Sequence record: PZ049694.1 | Strand: one strand, 5' to 3' | Source of the DNA: a phage | Length of the DNA stretch: 64,000 bases | Shown here: positions 24,880 to 34,123 of the stretch, piece after piece | Layout: every line of letters begins with the position of its first letter | Numbering within the stretch: position 1 is the first letter of the stretch | Position numbers and translations under genes: made by a program | The notes under the pieces: model-generated | Databases searched by the model: none | What the model saw: only the letters and a program-made list of their open reading frames with translations | What the model was told of the DNA's origin: nothing

Positions 24880-25473
24880 TTATTTCAAAGAGTTAATATA
24901 TTCTTGTACATCGGCAGAAGTGGTTTCGACACCGGTTGGAGTGCCATTGAACGTTTCAACACGAGTCAGAGTGTCTTCGATATCAACCTTAGTCAGTGCA
25001 GCGATTTCAATTACATCATCAGCCGTAGAGATACCAAGGGCATTAGCTGCTCGAGTTTCACGAATGTATTCGAGTTTGATTGCCAGGTTCTGACGAGCAT
25101 CGTCAAGTTCAACCACCTTACGAGCAATTTCAATTCGCATAGCGGCATACCCGTCAGCTTTTGTATTAAGTTGTTCGGCAGTTCGACGATACAGAAGACC
25201 AAGCTTGGCATGCATGGTAACATCTTGTCCTTCAGCCAGGAGCTTACGAATTTCACGTTCCTTAGAAGCGGCTTGCTTATTCTTTTCAATAACAAGTTCG
25301 CGAATACGTTTTTCTTCATTAATAGATTTAACAGAAGCCGTTTTTAGTTCTTTGATTTGGGTAATCAACTTATCTGCAGCTGCGTTATACTGTTCTTCGA
25401 CAGTCAGATTTTTAGCCATAGCAGTACCCAGTTTAGTGCGGATGAATTCAACAAGTTTCTTCAGTGTGTTCAT
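24880..25473 (-). CDS. coiled-coil protein, 197 aa (start trimmed to ATG MNTLKKL)
   Basis: track ORF starts at TTG; ATG has a GAAAGG Shine-Dalgarno; upstream TTTACA, 17 nt, TATAAT promoter with inverted repeat. Confidence 0.55.
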   Translation of the reverse strand: MNTLKKLVEFIRTKLGTAMAKNLTVEEQYNAAADKLITQIKELKTASVKSINEEKRIRELVIEKNKQAASKEREIRKLLAEGQDVTMHAKLGLLYRRTAEQLNTKADGYAAMRIEIARKVVELDDARQNLAIKLEYIRETRAANALGISTADDVIEIAALTKVDIEDTLTRVETFNGTPTGVETTSADVQEYINSLK

Positions 25474-25543
25474 ATTATTACCTTTCAATTGGTGGTTTAT
25501 TATCCAATGAGAGCATTATACTCTGCTCTCAAGAGTTTGTAAA

Positions 25544-25771
25544 TTATTTTTTAATCAAATTAACATAAAACTTGGCGTCTTCGGGGTGCATGCCTTCGCA
25601 GTATTCTTCAACCATGAACTTCTTAACAGCTTCATAAGGACCACTCAGATTAAGCTCGGTTGTCCAGAACTTGGAATCTTGGACTGAATCGATACGAACT
25701 TCAGGGTGACGGTTGCGAATAACTTCTTCGGTGTATTCATAATCAACGACATCAATACTAACTGTAGCCAT
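25544..25771 (-). CDS. hypothetical protein, 75 aa
   Basis: ORF. Confidence 0.5.
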   Translation of the reverse strand: MATVSIDVVDYEYTEEVIRNRHPEVRIDSVQDSKFWTTELNLSGPYEAVKKFMVEEYCEGMHPEDAKFYVNLIKK

Positions 25772-25817
25772 TTTGTTTTCCTCTTGATTTGATAGGACTA
25801 CTATAACATAAACTTAC

Positions 25818-25982
25818 TTAGATGTAAATTATTTCAACGTCACCTTTAGCTGCTTTATAACCTTCAGCCCAAGATACAACAGAGTTTTTATCTGAGGATT
25901 CAAATTCAGGCATTGGGCTTTCGCCAATGTTCACACAGTATGTTTCTTCATTTTCGTCAAACCAAATAATTAAAGTAGTCAT
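25818..25982 (-). CDS. hypothetical protein, 54 aa (start MTTLIIWF)
   Basis: ATG with GAGGAG Shine-Dalgarno lies inside a 42-nt cassette repeated at 62427..62468. Confidence 0.5.
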   Translation of the reverse strand: MTTLIIWFDENEETYCVNIGESPMPEFESSDKNSVVSWAEGYKAAKGDVEIIYI

Positions 25983-26040
25983 TTTGTTTACTCCTCTGTA
26001 GTTGATAAGTCTATAGTAACACCGTCCTTGGCGTTTGTAC
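25977..26040 (-). repeat. PeSL-like promoter/5'-UTR cassette, copy 1 (42 nt identical to 62427..62468)
   Basis: agtcattttgtttactcctctgtagttgataagtctatagta is identical at both loci and includes the Shine-Dalgarno, ATG and second codon of the downstream gene. Confidence 0.6.
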
Positions 26041-26041
26041 A

Positions 26042-26545
26042 TCATTTATTTTTAATTTTGCAAATTTTTTCTGCTTCAGCAATTGCAGCGTCAATGATGC
26101 TTTGTGCAATTTTATTACTAGTTGACCTGGCAATCACACTAAGAACAATTTCTTTTTCTTCACCACCCCAACCCCAAGTCCTTTGTTCGTGGGTACCTTT
26201 AACTACAGCTGAAACTTCAACAGAACGTCCACCATCAGAAGTTTTAACATCTACAACCCAATCACCATCTTTCTCTTCTACCCTTGATTTATCCCAAGAA
26301 ATACTAATATATGATTCGCTGTCAATAGAAGTCGCCGGGTTTTTCTCTACCGTAAGACCTTCACTTTCCAGCCATTCAATAGTATTTGCGCATAAATCAG
26401 AAGAACACCTCATCGGAAACCGGCAAGATTTTTCACCTTTAGATGCTGCATCGTACATCTTTTCCAAAATACGCTTTTGCACGTTTTTAAAAATAGTTTC
26501 AGCGGATTCTTCAGATTTTTTATTCAGTTCAGTGTAAAGACTCAT
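26042..26545 (-). CDS. hypothetical protein, 167 aa
   Basis: ORF with GAGGAG Shine-Dalgarno. Confidence 0.6.
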   Translation of the reverse strand: MSLYTELNKKSEESAETIFKNVQKRILEKMYDAASKGEKSCRFPMRCSSDLCANTIEWLESEGLTVEKNPATSIDSESYISISWDKSRVEEKDGDWVVDVKTSDGGRSVEVSAVVKGTHEQRTWGWGGEEKEIVLSVIARSTSNKIAQSIIDAAIAEAEKICKIKNK

Positions 26546-26621
26546 AATATTCTCCTCATGTTTTAATAGGACTATAGTAACACATCTAGGGAAGAAGTAA
26601 ACAACTTTTTCAGTAAGTTAT

Positions 26622-26652
26622 AGACCCCCTAATGGGGACCGAAGTCCCCATT
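26622..26652 (-). terminator. double stem-loop element after the 26655..27281 stop
   Basis: minus strand tggggacTTCGgtcccca then ttaggggg; near-copy at 8299..8327. Confidence 0.4.
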
Positions 26653-26654
26653 CT

Positions 26655-27281
26655 TTACTTACGAGTTTTTGCATACTGAGCAGCGTCAGCAGCCAAACGA
26701 CCTGCCTGACGAAGTTTTTCTTTAATCGCATCGTGAAGTGGTTGAGTATACTTCAAACCTTCGATAGTCAAATAAAGACGATAAAGGTCTGGGGTATCAA
26801 GGTTGTTGATATGTTGGCCATTACGAAGACTGTTGAATTCACGAACGAGTGAAGATGTATCGGATTCAATATCACGAACAAGCGAAGATAGTTGTTTATA
26901 TTTTTTTTCCAGGCTAGAAGTATCAAACTTAAGAGCAGGAGCTTTAGGAGTTGCTTTTACTTCCGGCTTAGGCTCAGGTTTTGCTATTGCTTTAGGGGTC
27001 GCAGGTTTAGGAACGGTAGGAGCAGGTTTTACTTTAGGCGAACCCGATTTAGCAGAAACACCGCCACTAACAATATCTTTGAATGCTTTAGAAGCTCTGT
27101 AATATTCTTTTTGGCTGGAAGTGTCGATACCATACATGGCTTGAACGTTTTTGAAAAACTCTGTACTAGTTTTTGTACCAGAAATAGCATCGTAAGCAGC
27201 TTGCCATTTCTCTTTTGTCATACGTACACCGGCTTCGGTGATTACTTCCGTTTCGGCTAAAAATTCATTAAAAGTATACAT
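26655..27281 (-). CDS. internal-protein-like (ipIII-like) with capsid-targeting leader and Pro/Lys-rich repeat, 208 aa
   Basis: N-terminus MYTFNEFLAE resembles the 10-aa capsid targeting sequence ending L-x-E; KPAPTVPKPATPKAIAKPEPKPEVKATPKAP low-complexity tract. Confidence 0.55.
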   Translation of the reverse strand: MYTFNEFLAETEVITEAGVRMTKEKWQAAYDAISGTKTSTEFFKNVQAMYGIDTSSQKEYYRASKAFKDIVSGGVSAKSGSPKVKPAPTVPKPATPKAIAKPEPKPEVKATPKAPALKFDTSSLEKKYKQLSSLVRDIESDTSSLVREFNSLRNGQHINNLDTPDLYRLYLTIEGLKYTQPLHDAIKEKLRQAGRLAADAAQYAKTRK

Positions 27282-27316
27282 TGATGGTCCTTAGAAAGTA
27301 GGTTTATTGTTTACTA

Positions 27317-27324
27317 TATTTATA
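27317..27324 (-). promoter_or_regulatory. late promoter TATAAATA upstream of the ipIII-like gene
   Basis: minus-strand TATAAATA about 35 nt upstream of the ATG. Confidence 0.4.
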
Positions 27325-27355
27325 CAAAAAAGCCCCAACCTTTCGGAAGGGGCTA
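27324..27355 (-). terminator. rho-independent terminator
   Basis: minus strand agcccc-ttccgaaaggtt-ggggct then TTTTTT. Confidence 0.65.
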
Positions 27356-27397
27356 TATACCTTGTCGGGGTTTCCACCTACTAAGGCAAGTGTTTGT

Positions 27398-27470
27398 ACG
27401 AAACGCCGGGATTCGAACCCGGTTATTAAGCAGTTGACGCTACTCAATATTTTTAAAAGGCCATATCTCG
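27398..27470 (-). pseudogene. tRNA-like remnant: intact T-arm and acceptor-like pairing, degenerate D and anticodon arms
   Basis: minus strand ccgggTTCGAATcccgg T-arm then cgtttcg; candidate 5' strand cgagata pairs 6 of 7; no canonical cloverleaf could be drawn by hand. Confidence 0.3.
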
Positions 27471-27657
27471 ACCATATCCGAACGTTCCGTCAAAAACGCT
27501 ACTCGGCTTACGGCAAAGATATTTCCTCGAATCGGTAATTCTTTGCGCCGTTTCTGCTGTGATGTAAGGGGATATTAACAAATCATAAAGATTTATTAAG
27601 ACAAGTCCTTACTCAGGGAACATCAGTCCGACGACTTGCCGGTAGCGACCCGGCTTC
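27471..27657 (-). ncRNA. non-coding tract between tRNA genes and terminator; candidate small stable RNA(s)
   Basis: about 190 nt with no ORF on either strand; several hairpins (gccgg-gtcgcta-ccggc); T4 carries stable species 1/2 RNAs in its tRNA region (by analogy only). Confidence 0.25.
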
Positions 27658-28002
27658 TTATTTTGACATATCATCAATTTGTTCTCTACGTCTACGCCAT
27701 AGATTAATTACTTCATCAACACATTCAGCATTTGGTATATGACGACAATAGTATAGTGATTCGCGTTTCTGGAACCGATGTTGTAATGGAATTTCGTTTA
27801 AAAGGTCTTTACGGTCAAAGTATTCAAAACTAGTTAACCCGGAACGGTTTTTAAGAAACTTCCAATGTCCGAATTCATTTTGAAAATAGACATAATCAGC
27901 ATGCTGATACAGCGAATTAATTAACCTATCGGAAATAACTGTTTCACGTTCGTTAAAATAAAACGTTAAGTCATGAACTACCAGATAAATATTGCCTTTC
28001 AT
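27658..28002 (-). CDS. hypothetical protein, 114 aa (start trimmed to ATG MKGNIYLVV)
   Basis: track ORF N-terminus overlaps tRNA-Arg; internal ATG has a GAGGA Shine-Dalgarno. Confidence 0.5.
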   Translation of the reverse strand: MKGNIYLVVHDLTFYFNERETVISDRLINSLYQHADYVYFQNEFGHWKFLKNRSGLTSFEYFDRKDLLNEIPLQHRFQKRESLYYCRHIPNAECVDEVINLWRRRREQIDDMSK

Positions 28003-28020
28003 ATTTTCCTCACTTAAAGT

Positions 28021-28097
<77 letters not shown>

Positions 28098-28100
28098 GAT

Positions 28101-28175
28101 TGGTGACCCTGGCTGGTTTCGATCCAGCTACCTATCAGTTATGAGCTGACAGCTCTCCCATTGAGCTACAGGGCC
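28101..28175 (-). tRNA. tRNA with CAT anticodon (Ile2-type by T4 analogy, or Met), CCA encoded
   Basis: acceptor GGCCCTG/CAGGGTC, D-arm GCTC-AATGGGA-GAGC, anticodon arm GTCAG-CTCATAA-CTGAT, T-arm GCTGG-ATCGAAA-CCAGC; 3 nt from tRNA-Arg. Confidence 0.75.
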
Positions 28176-28254
28176 TAAATAACTTTCTATTATGAAAGGC
28201 ACTTTAGAGCACCTTTGGTAATAGAGGGTATGAATTAATAATAACACATAATTC

Positions 28255-28770
28255 TTAAAGCAAATCAATCATTTTAACAGTCGGCAAAACAATTTCTTCT
28301 TCAATATAAGCGAATTCAACACGTTCAACTACACGCAAGAAATCATAGTCGTAGTATTCAGAAGCATAGCCAAGAATATCAATAAGGCCTTGGGATATCT
28401 CATCGCCTTTCACAAAGAACAGGTCGAATACACGCGATTCGTCTTCTTCAGATTTATTACCAAGGTCGACTTCAATATCAAAGACCTTTTTAATGAATTC
28501 TGGATAAAGCTGGTCTGAGAACAGTCCTTCAACCAAGTATTCATAGATTAAAAGCGAGCAATCACTGAATGGTGTATTACCACAGTAACGTTCAGCTTTA
28601 GTGCTAGAATGACGACTCTTAAATTTCTTCAAGAGATATTTAAACTGTTGGAGCTCATGCTCTTCTACACCAAATAATGTTTTGGTTTTATAGTTGTCGC
28701 CGTCATTTTCCCAAGTAGTGACATCAATTACGTAACCTTTAGGAATTGTACTGCCTAAACAAATATTCAT
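28255..28770 (-). CDS. hypothetical acidic protein, 171 aa
   Basis: ORF upstream of the tRNA pair. Confidence 0.55.
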   Translation of the reverse strand: MNICLGSTIPKGYVIDVTTWENDGDNYKTKTLFGVEEHELQQFKYLLKKFKSRHSSTKAERYCGNTPFSDCSLLIYEYLVEGLFSDQLYPEFIKKVFDIEVDLGNKSEEDESRVFDLFFVKGDEISQGLIDILGYASEYYDYDFLRVVERVEFAYIEEEIVLPTVKMIDLL

Positions 28771-28774
28771 TTAC

Positions 28775-29065
28775 TCACCGTACCATATTAATGTAATTAT
28801 ATTCAATGCAACATAATTTCAAAGGATTCTTGAAAATATCATATTCAAGAGGACCTTTTTCTGTTTCAATAAAGAAATCAAAGTTCACACTATTAAATTT
28901 GCGGTCTTCCCAAAGTAATTTAACCTGTGAAGATGAACGGTCGACGTAAACCTTTTCAACTTCAAAGTGGGTCAAAATACCATAGTAATCGACTAGTGCT
29001 TTAGCTGCAGCTCGGTCGCTTTCATATCCATTCTCAACGGATTTTACCTTAGCATAAAGAATCAT
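28775..29065 (-). CDS. hypothetical protein, 96 aa
   Basis: ORF; ATGA overlap with upstream gene. Confidence 0.5.
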   Translation of the reverse strand: MILYAKVKSVENGYESDRAAAKALVDYYGILTHFEVEKVYVDRSSSQVKLLWEDRKFNSVNFDFFIETEKGPLEYDIFKNPLKLCCIEYNYINMVR

Positions 29066-29424
29066 GAATGTTCCACCATTTCAAAGGTATGAGCATCAAC
29101 AATATGATACCAGTCAAAATTTTCTTCTGCGTTTTTACAAATTTCGCGAAGAGCCTCAACAGTTTTTCCTGTAGCAACAAGGTCGTCAATACCGCCAAGA
29201 GGATAACAGTCGTAACCGGCAAACAGAAGGAAATTAATAGTTTCTGTAGGGGCCGGATGCAGTGTACCATTGTCATCGACTACTTCAAAGAACATATAAC
29301 CAGGCGATTTAGATTTAATCCAAGCCCATGCTTGAGCTGCTGAATCAAATGGTCTGCGTATCAAACGACAATCAGGGTCTTTAGAAGGATTTGCTTCAAA
29401 ATCCGCATATACGTGATATTTCAT
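29062..29424 (-). CDS. hypothetical protein, 120 aa (start MKYHVYADFE)
   Basis: ATG two nt after the upstream TAA. Confidence 0.5.
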   Translation of the reverse strand: MKYHVYADFEANPSKDPDCRLIRRPFDSAAQAWAWIKSKSPGYMFFEVVDDNGTLHPAPTETINFLLFAGYDCYPLGGIDDLVATGKTVEALREICKNAEENFDWYHIVDAHTFEMVEHS

Positions 29425-29425
29425 T

Positions 29426-29632
29426 TTACTCACCTTTTGCAATTTTATCCATAACGATAGCGATTAAGCCGATTAGAAATGCTACTACCAATGAGATAGA
29501 ATTTTCTGTTGTTGTCAGTAGTCCACAAATGAATCCTACAAACATCGAAAAACTAAAAGCCATTGAAGCAATTACTACAGCAACATTACGAATCAGTTCA
29601 GCGCGTTTCATTTTATTTCTCCATTTACTCAT
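29426..29632 (-). CDS. small two-helix membrane protein, 68 aa
   Basis: two hydrophobic segments; directly downstream of a PeSL-like promoter. Confidence 0.5.
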   Translation of the reverse strand: MSKWRNKMKRAELIRNVAVVIASMAFSFSMFVGFICGLLTTTENSISLVVAFLIGLIAIVMDKIAKGE

Positions 29633-29640
29633 TTTGTTTT

Positions 29641-29679
29641 GATAGGACTACTATAACATAGTCCTATCAGCGTGTAAAC
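29641..29679 (-). promoter_or_regulatory. PeSL-like early promoter (GTTTAC, 18 nt, TGtTATAGT) with 10-bp inverted repeat around the -10
   Basis: gataggacta / tagtcctatc arms, -10 in the loop. Confidence 0.55.
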
Positions 29680-29682
29680 TAC

Positions 29683-29970
29683 TTACAGAAGAGTTTTTGC
29701 AATAATTTTAAGCTGAGCTACAGAAATGTGCTTAGCTTTAAACAGTGCAGTCTCTTCAGCCGGAGAGATAACAATAGTAGCGCCATCTTTCTTAGCGGAC
29801 CACCCGTCTCCTAAGTAAACAGTACCTTTTACTTCTTCGCCGTCAGCTAGACTAATCATTGGTTTACCCTCACGGCCTTTGTTTGCTTTAATAACTTCGG
29901 AAGTAAGGGTTGCTTCAGTCAGAGTAGAAACGTTAGCAACAGGTGATATAAATTCTTTATAGGTTTTCAT
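29683..29970 (-). CDS. internal-protein-like (ipI-like) with 19-aa capsid-targeting leader
   Basis: 95 aa; MKTYKEFISPVANVSTLTE ends in the gp21-type site L-x-E; position upstream of 57B matches T4 ipI. Confidence 0.6.
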   Translation of the reverse strand: MKTYKEFISPVANVSTLTEATLTSEVIKANKGREGKPMISLADGEEVKGTVYLGDGWSAKKDGATIVISPAEETALFKAKHISVAQLKIIAKTLL

Positions 29971-29998
29971 TTTATTTCCTTGAGGTTGTTTATTTGAT

Positions 29999-30034
29999 AG
30001 GATGATAGTAACACACCATCATCCTTATGTAAAC
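29999..30034 (-). promoter_or_regulatory. PeSL-like early promoter (GTTTAC, 18 nt, TACTAT) with inverted repeat
   Basis: aggatgat / atcatcct arms around the -10. Confidence 0.5.
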
Positions 30035-30047
30035 TGTTTTGTGAAAA

Positions 30048-30733
<686 letters not shown>

Positions 30734-30737
30734 TTTA

Positions 30738-31472
30738 TTACCTTAAGATTGTTTCAATTTTAGAATAAAGCTCTTCTAAAGAGCCGTCGTTTGTAATAAC
30801 TAAATCGCCTTCTTCAATAGGCAACCCAGCTTCTGTAATATGTTTATCGGTGGATTCCGTACCAGAGCGAACCACATGAATAACTGTAGCACCCATCGCT
30901 CTAGCGGTTTCCATTTCATGGACTTGACGTGTATCGGTTACGACATAGTAATCGAAATCACTTCCAATATAATCCATATAGTTTAATGCAAAAAGTTTAA
31001 CCCAATACATACGGTCAAATAAATTAACGACAACATCCGTACCGAGGGCTTGCATAAGACGGCGGATTGACCATGTGTCGTTGATATTATTTATAGCTTC
31101 ACGCAGGGCTTCATATGGTTTAATATCTAGATACGAATATCCACCTTCTAACGATGATAATACTTTAACATTATTAATTGGTAAATATTGACTTTGCAAA
31201 TAAATTAGCGCTTCTTCCAATAATTCAATAACATCCAACTTATTGAGATTTAATGGTGTTTCACGGTCGTATCCAATGCCTTCAAAGTATTCGTATTTCA
31301 ACTCTGTGAATACATCAGGGTTTTCAGCATGCCTACGTCCCCAGGCTATTGCTAGAGCGTCTTTAATCGGATATGCCAATTGGTATTTTACGGATTTAAA
31401 GTTTGAATTGATGTAATCGGCAGTGGTGTCTTTACCACTACGTTTGATGCCGCTTAAAAAGATTAGCTCCAT
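30738..31472 (-). CDS. 1: deoxynucleoside monophosphate kinase gp1
   Basis: 244 aa; P-loop GIKRSGKDT; DRMYWVKLFAL and C-terminal ITNDGSLEEL match recalled T4 gp1. Confidence 0.9.
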   Translation of the reverse strand: MELIFLSGIKRSGKDTTADYINSNFKSVKYQLAYPIKDALAIAWGRRHAENPDVFTELKYEYFEGIGYDRETPLNLNKLDVIELLEEALIYLQSQYLPINNVKVLSSLEGGYSYLDIKPYEALREAINNINDTWSIRRLMQALGTDVVVNLFDRMYWVKLFALNYMDYIGSDFDYYVVTDTRQVHEMETARAMGATVIHVVRSGTESTDKHITEAGLPIEEGDLVITNDGSLEELYSKIETILR

Positions 31473-31525
31473 AGGTTTTCCTCATATAATTTATGAGTGA
31501 TTATAACATACGGAGCTAGAAGCGA

Positions 31526-32110
31526 TTAACGCAAGGAAGGGTGTCTAGAAATGGATTTAGATTCGACTGCTTGACGTGGTTGTTGAGATACAATGACTTC
31601 GCCATCCTTTTCTATCGTCATATATGCGTAGTGAATAGTTGCTACGCACGTAACAGCAGGGTCAGAGTCTTCAGTGTAACTAAATTCAATTTCACTCAAA
31701 TCAGAAATCCATGGTTTATAGAAATTTGCCGTCAAAACTACTTCGGTCTTATTGTTGTTTAAAATGTGCAAAGTAACAAACTCAGGACCATCAGAGTGGG
31801 CCGTATTATGTCCGGTTATATAGTTATTAGTGCTGAGCATCCATTTATACATGTTCATCCAGGACGTCATGTCTTCATCAACTATAAATCGTACAACAAA
31901 AGGGTCGTATTCAAATGTGGTGCCTGCACGCATCGCACGTCCTAACCCCATTGTGCCTGTCACAGTTTCAACAACAGGAATTCTCACACCTGGTAATGGA
32001 GCCGTTTGGGCATTGAGCACAAAACCTGAAGTTCGTGTACTATCTGGGATATCCACAACAAAGTTTGTTATATTTGTTTGGTTAAAAATCTGTCTCGCTG
32101 GACGAGTCAT
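31526..32110 (-). CDS. 3: tail completion / sheath stabiliser gp3
   Basis: synteny 1-3-2-4; start trimmed to ATG with GAGGTG Shine-Dalgarno; length about 194 aa versus about 176 recalled for T4. Confidence 0.75.
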   Translation of the reverse strand: MTRPARQIFNQTNITNFVVDIPDSTRTSGFVLNAQTAPLPGVRIPVVETVTGTMGLGRAMRAGTTFEYDPFVVRFIVDEDMTSWMNMYKWMLSTNNYITGHNTAHSDGPEFVTLHILNNNKTEVVLTANFYKPWISDLSEIEFSYTEDSDPAVTCVATIHYAYMTIEKDGEVIVSQQPRQAVESKSISRHPSLR

Positions 32111-32212
32111 AAGCACCTCAAAAACGCTTTAATAAAAATGCAGTATAATGGTTTTAGGTCTCTTCCATTAATCTGGTTCAACGGAATATCAGAAGAACGG
32201 AAGAGAATAGAA

Positions 32213-33034
32213 TTAAGATTTCCAAACAGTATTCGCAGAGAAACGTTTTCCTTTTGACATAAACTGCTGAGTAGGTAACATGATTATGTTAGCCCAGTCT
32301 TTAGGAGCTATTTCTGTTATTGTTCCTCTAATGTGGCCTGGCAGGTATGCTTTAATCATTTTGTCAGCACCTTGAAATCCTTTCACTTTGCTCCAGTCTA
32401 TCTTCAACTTCGTGTTATTAGTAATAGTAGTTGTGCTAGCATATTGCTTCAGCAATTCTTCAAGAAACTGTTGTCGTGCTTTAGGTGGGATATAGTGCAA
32501 GTTTAACCCATACATCAAATTATGTTTACCTAATCCTAAATAAATAATCAAAGGATATCGGTCCCAGTATGGCAGAGTATCTTTATGTTTAGCATCATAC
32601 ACGTAAGTATAAATTTTGCCTGGCGTAGGCTTGACTACTTTATGACCTTTTACACTTTTCTTAATTGTTTCAACAAACCACTTAGATGATTTGTTGTTTA
32701 CTGCTGCGCCTTCATTTCTAATCTTTTCTCGTATTGAACTGCGAAACGAGTTTATCATCAGAAGTTGACGTTCTTGCTTATTGAGTTTATTTTTAGGTTT
32801 AGATTCAAGCGTTTCAATTTTCTGTGCAGTCTTAATAGATGATGCATATCTAGACATTGCAGATGTAAATGACGAGTATTTTATTCCTTTTGATTCTGCA
32901 AATGCTTTTGCAGTGATTCCTTTCTCTTTAGCTTTCTTGTATTCTAATCCTATCTCAATCCATTTTCTTTCATTCATAGACTGAGCAATCTTAGGGGCTT
33001 GTACGCCTTCAGATATAATTTGGAATATGCTCAT
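32213..33034 (-). CDS. 2: DNA end-protector gp2
   Basis: 273 aa; synteny and size match T4 gp2. Confidence 0.8.
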   Translation of the reverse strand: MSIFQIISEGVQAPKIAQSMNERKWIEIGLEYKKAKEKGITAKAFAESKGIKYSSFTSAMSRYASSIKTAQKIETLESKPKNKLNKQERQLLMINSFRSSIREKIRNEGAAVNNKSSKWFVETIKKSVKGHKVVKPTPGKIYTYVYDAKHKDTLPYWDRYPLIIYLGLGKHNLMYGLNLHYIPPKARQQFLEELLKQYASTTTITNNTKLKIDWSKVKGFQGADKMIKAYLPGHIRGTITEIAPKDWANIIMLPTQQFMSKGKRFSANTVWKS

Positions 33035-33036
33035 AA

Positions 33037-33486
33037 TTACCCCTTGTATCCGAGTTTTCTAAGACCATCTTCGGTTAGAACTCGAAATTTTATATTTCTC
33101 TTTTCAGCAACAGCTGCGGCAGCTTTCCATTTGTCACAGTTCACAGACCAGGTATATATTTCATTCATATAACGTTTCTTTGCTGCAGTCGTAAGATTTA
33201 CAGGCTTAATAGGCGGCTGAGTTTCTTTCTTTGGTTTTATTTCTACAAAGAACTCTTGACCTGATGCATCTTTCATCCATATGTCCATGTAGTATCGACG
33301 TTTCTTACCTTCAGCATTACAAAAATATGGAATTACTGCTGTTTCACTACCCCATGCAATAATTTCTGGATTTTTATCTAACCATTCGAAAAAGAATTTT
33401 TCCCAGTTTGAACGATACGTTATTTTGGTATGGTCTCCACGGTATTTTTTTAAATTTTTTGGGACCCATTTACCAGAGTAGGCCAT
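33037..33486 (-). CDS. 4: head completion protein gp4
   Basis: [44 protein letters not shown] matches recalled T4 gp4; start trimmed to that ATG (149 aa). Confidence 0.85.
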   Translation of the reverse strand: MAYSGKWVPKNLKKYRGDHTKITYRSNWEKFFFEWLDKNPEIIAWGSETAVIPYFCNAEGKKRRYYMDIWMKDASGQEFFVEIKPKKETQPPIKPVNLTTAAKKRYMNEIYTWSVNCDKWKAAAAVAEKRNIKFRVLTEDGLRKLGYKG

Positions 33487-33497
33487 GTTGTCCTCCT

Positions 33498-33520
33498 TAT
33501 AAATAGTATTATTATTTATA
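33498..33520. promoter_or_regulatory. divergent pair of late promoters (TATAAATA on both strands) between gene 4 and gene 53
   Basis: plus TATAAATA 33498..33505 (gene 53) and minus TATAAATA 33520..33513 (gene 4), each with a downstream Shine-Dalgarno. Confidence 0.55.
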
Positions 33521-33547
33521 CCAATTTCATATTGGAAGGAGACTATC

Positions 33548-34123
33548 TTGTTATTTACATTCTTCGACCCAATAGGATATAGTGCTAAAACAGTTAATAA
33601 GAACGCACCTACTATTCCTATGACAGACATATTTCGTAACTATAAAGAGTACTTTAAGCGTGTTGCTGCCAATTATAGATTACGTTCTTATTACATTAAA
33701 GGCTCTCCGCGTCCTGAAGAACTAGCGAATATCATTTATGGCAACCCTCAATTATACTGGGTCCTTTTGATGTGTAATGACAACTATGATCCGTATTATG
33801 GTTGGATTACATCTCAGGAAGCAGCGTATCAAGCTTCTATTCAGAAATATGCTAATGCTGGCGGTGACCAAATTCTTTATCATATTAACGAGAACCGTGA
33901 GAAATTTTACAATTTGGTTTCATATCCGGACGAGCCTTTAGTGTGGTACGATAAAGGTGATGAAGCTCGTAAGTATCCGCAATATAAAGGACCTTTAGCT
34001 GCAGTAGATACTTATGAAGCGGCAGTATTAGATAATGAAAAACTTCGTAAAATAAAAATTGTTGCAAAAGAAGATATAAACTCGTTTATCACAGATTTGA
34101 TTCGTGAGATGGAGATTGCATAA
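33548..34123 (+). CDS. 53: baseplate wedge protein gp53
   Basis: 191 aa; MLFTFFDPI.Y.AKTVNKNAPTIPMTDIFRNYK.YFKR matches recalled T4 gp53; apparent TTG start with GGAAGGAG Shine-Dalgarno. Confidence 0.88.
   Translation: MLFTFFDPIGYSAKTVNKNAPTIPMTDIFRNYKEYFKRVAANYRLRSYYIKGSPRPEELANIIYGNPQLYWVLLMCNDNYDPYYGWITSQEAAYQASIQKYANAGGDQILYHINENREKFYNLVSYPDEPLVWYDKGDEARKYPQYKGPLAAVDTYEAAVLDNEKLRKIKIVAKEDINSFITDLIREMEIA

Noticed and set aside
24829-25347. Plus-strand ORF of 172 aa overlapping the minus-strand coiled-coil gene
   Set aside because: Antisense to a well-supported minus-strand gene with Shine-Dalgarno and promoter; low-complexity translation; whole neighbourhood is transcribed on the minus strand.
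26028-26537. Plus-strand ORF of 169 aa overlapping minus-strand ORF 26042..26545
   Set aside because: The minus-strand frame has a proper Shine-Dalgarno and protein-like composition; the plus frame is hydrophobic junk typical of antisense reading.
27398-27470. Third functional tRNA
   Set aside because: T-arm and acceptor pairing are good, but no D-arm or 5-bp anticodon stem can be drawn; treated as a remnant.
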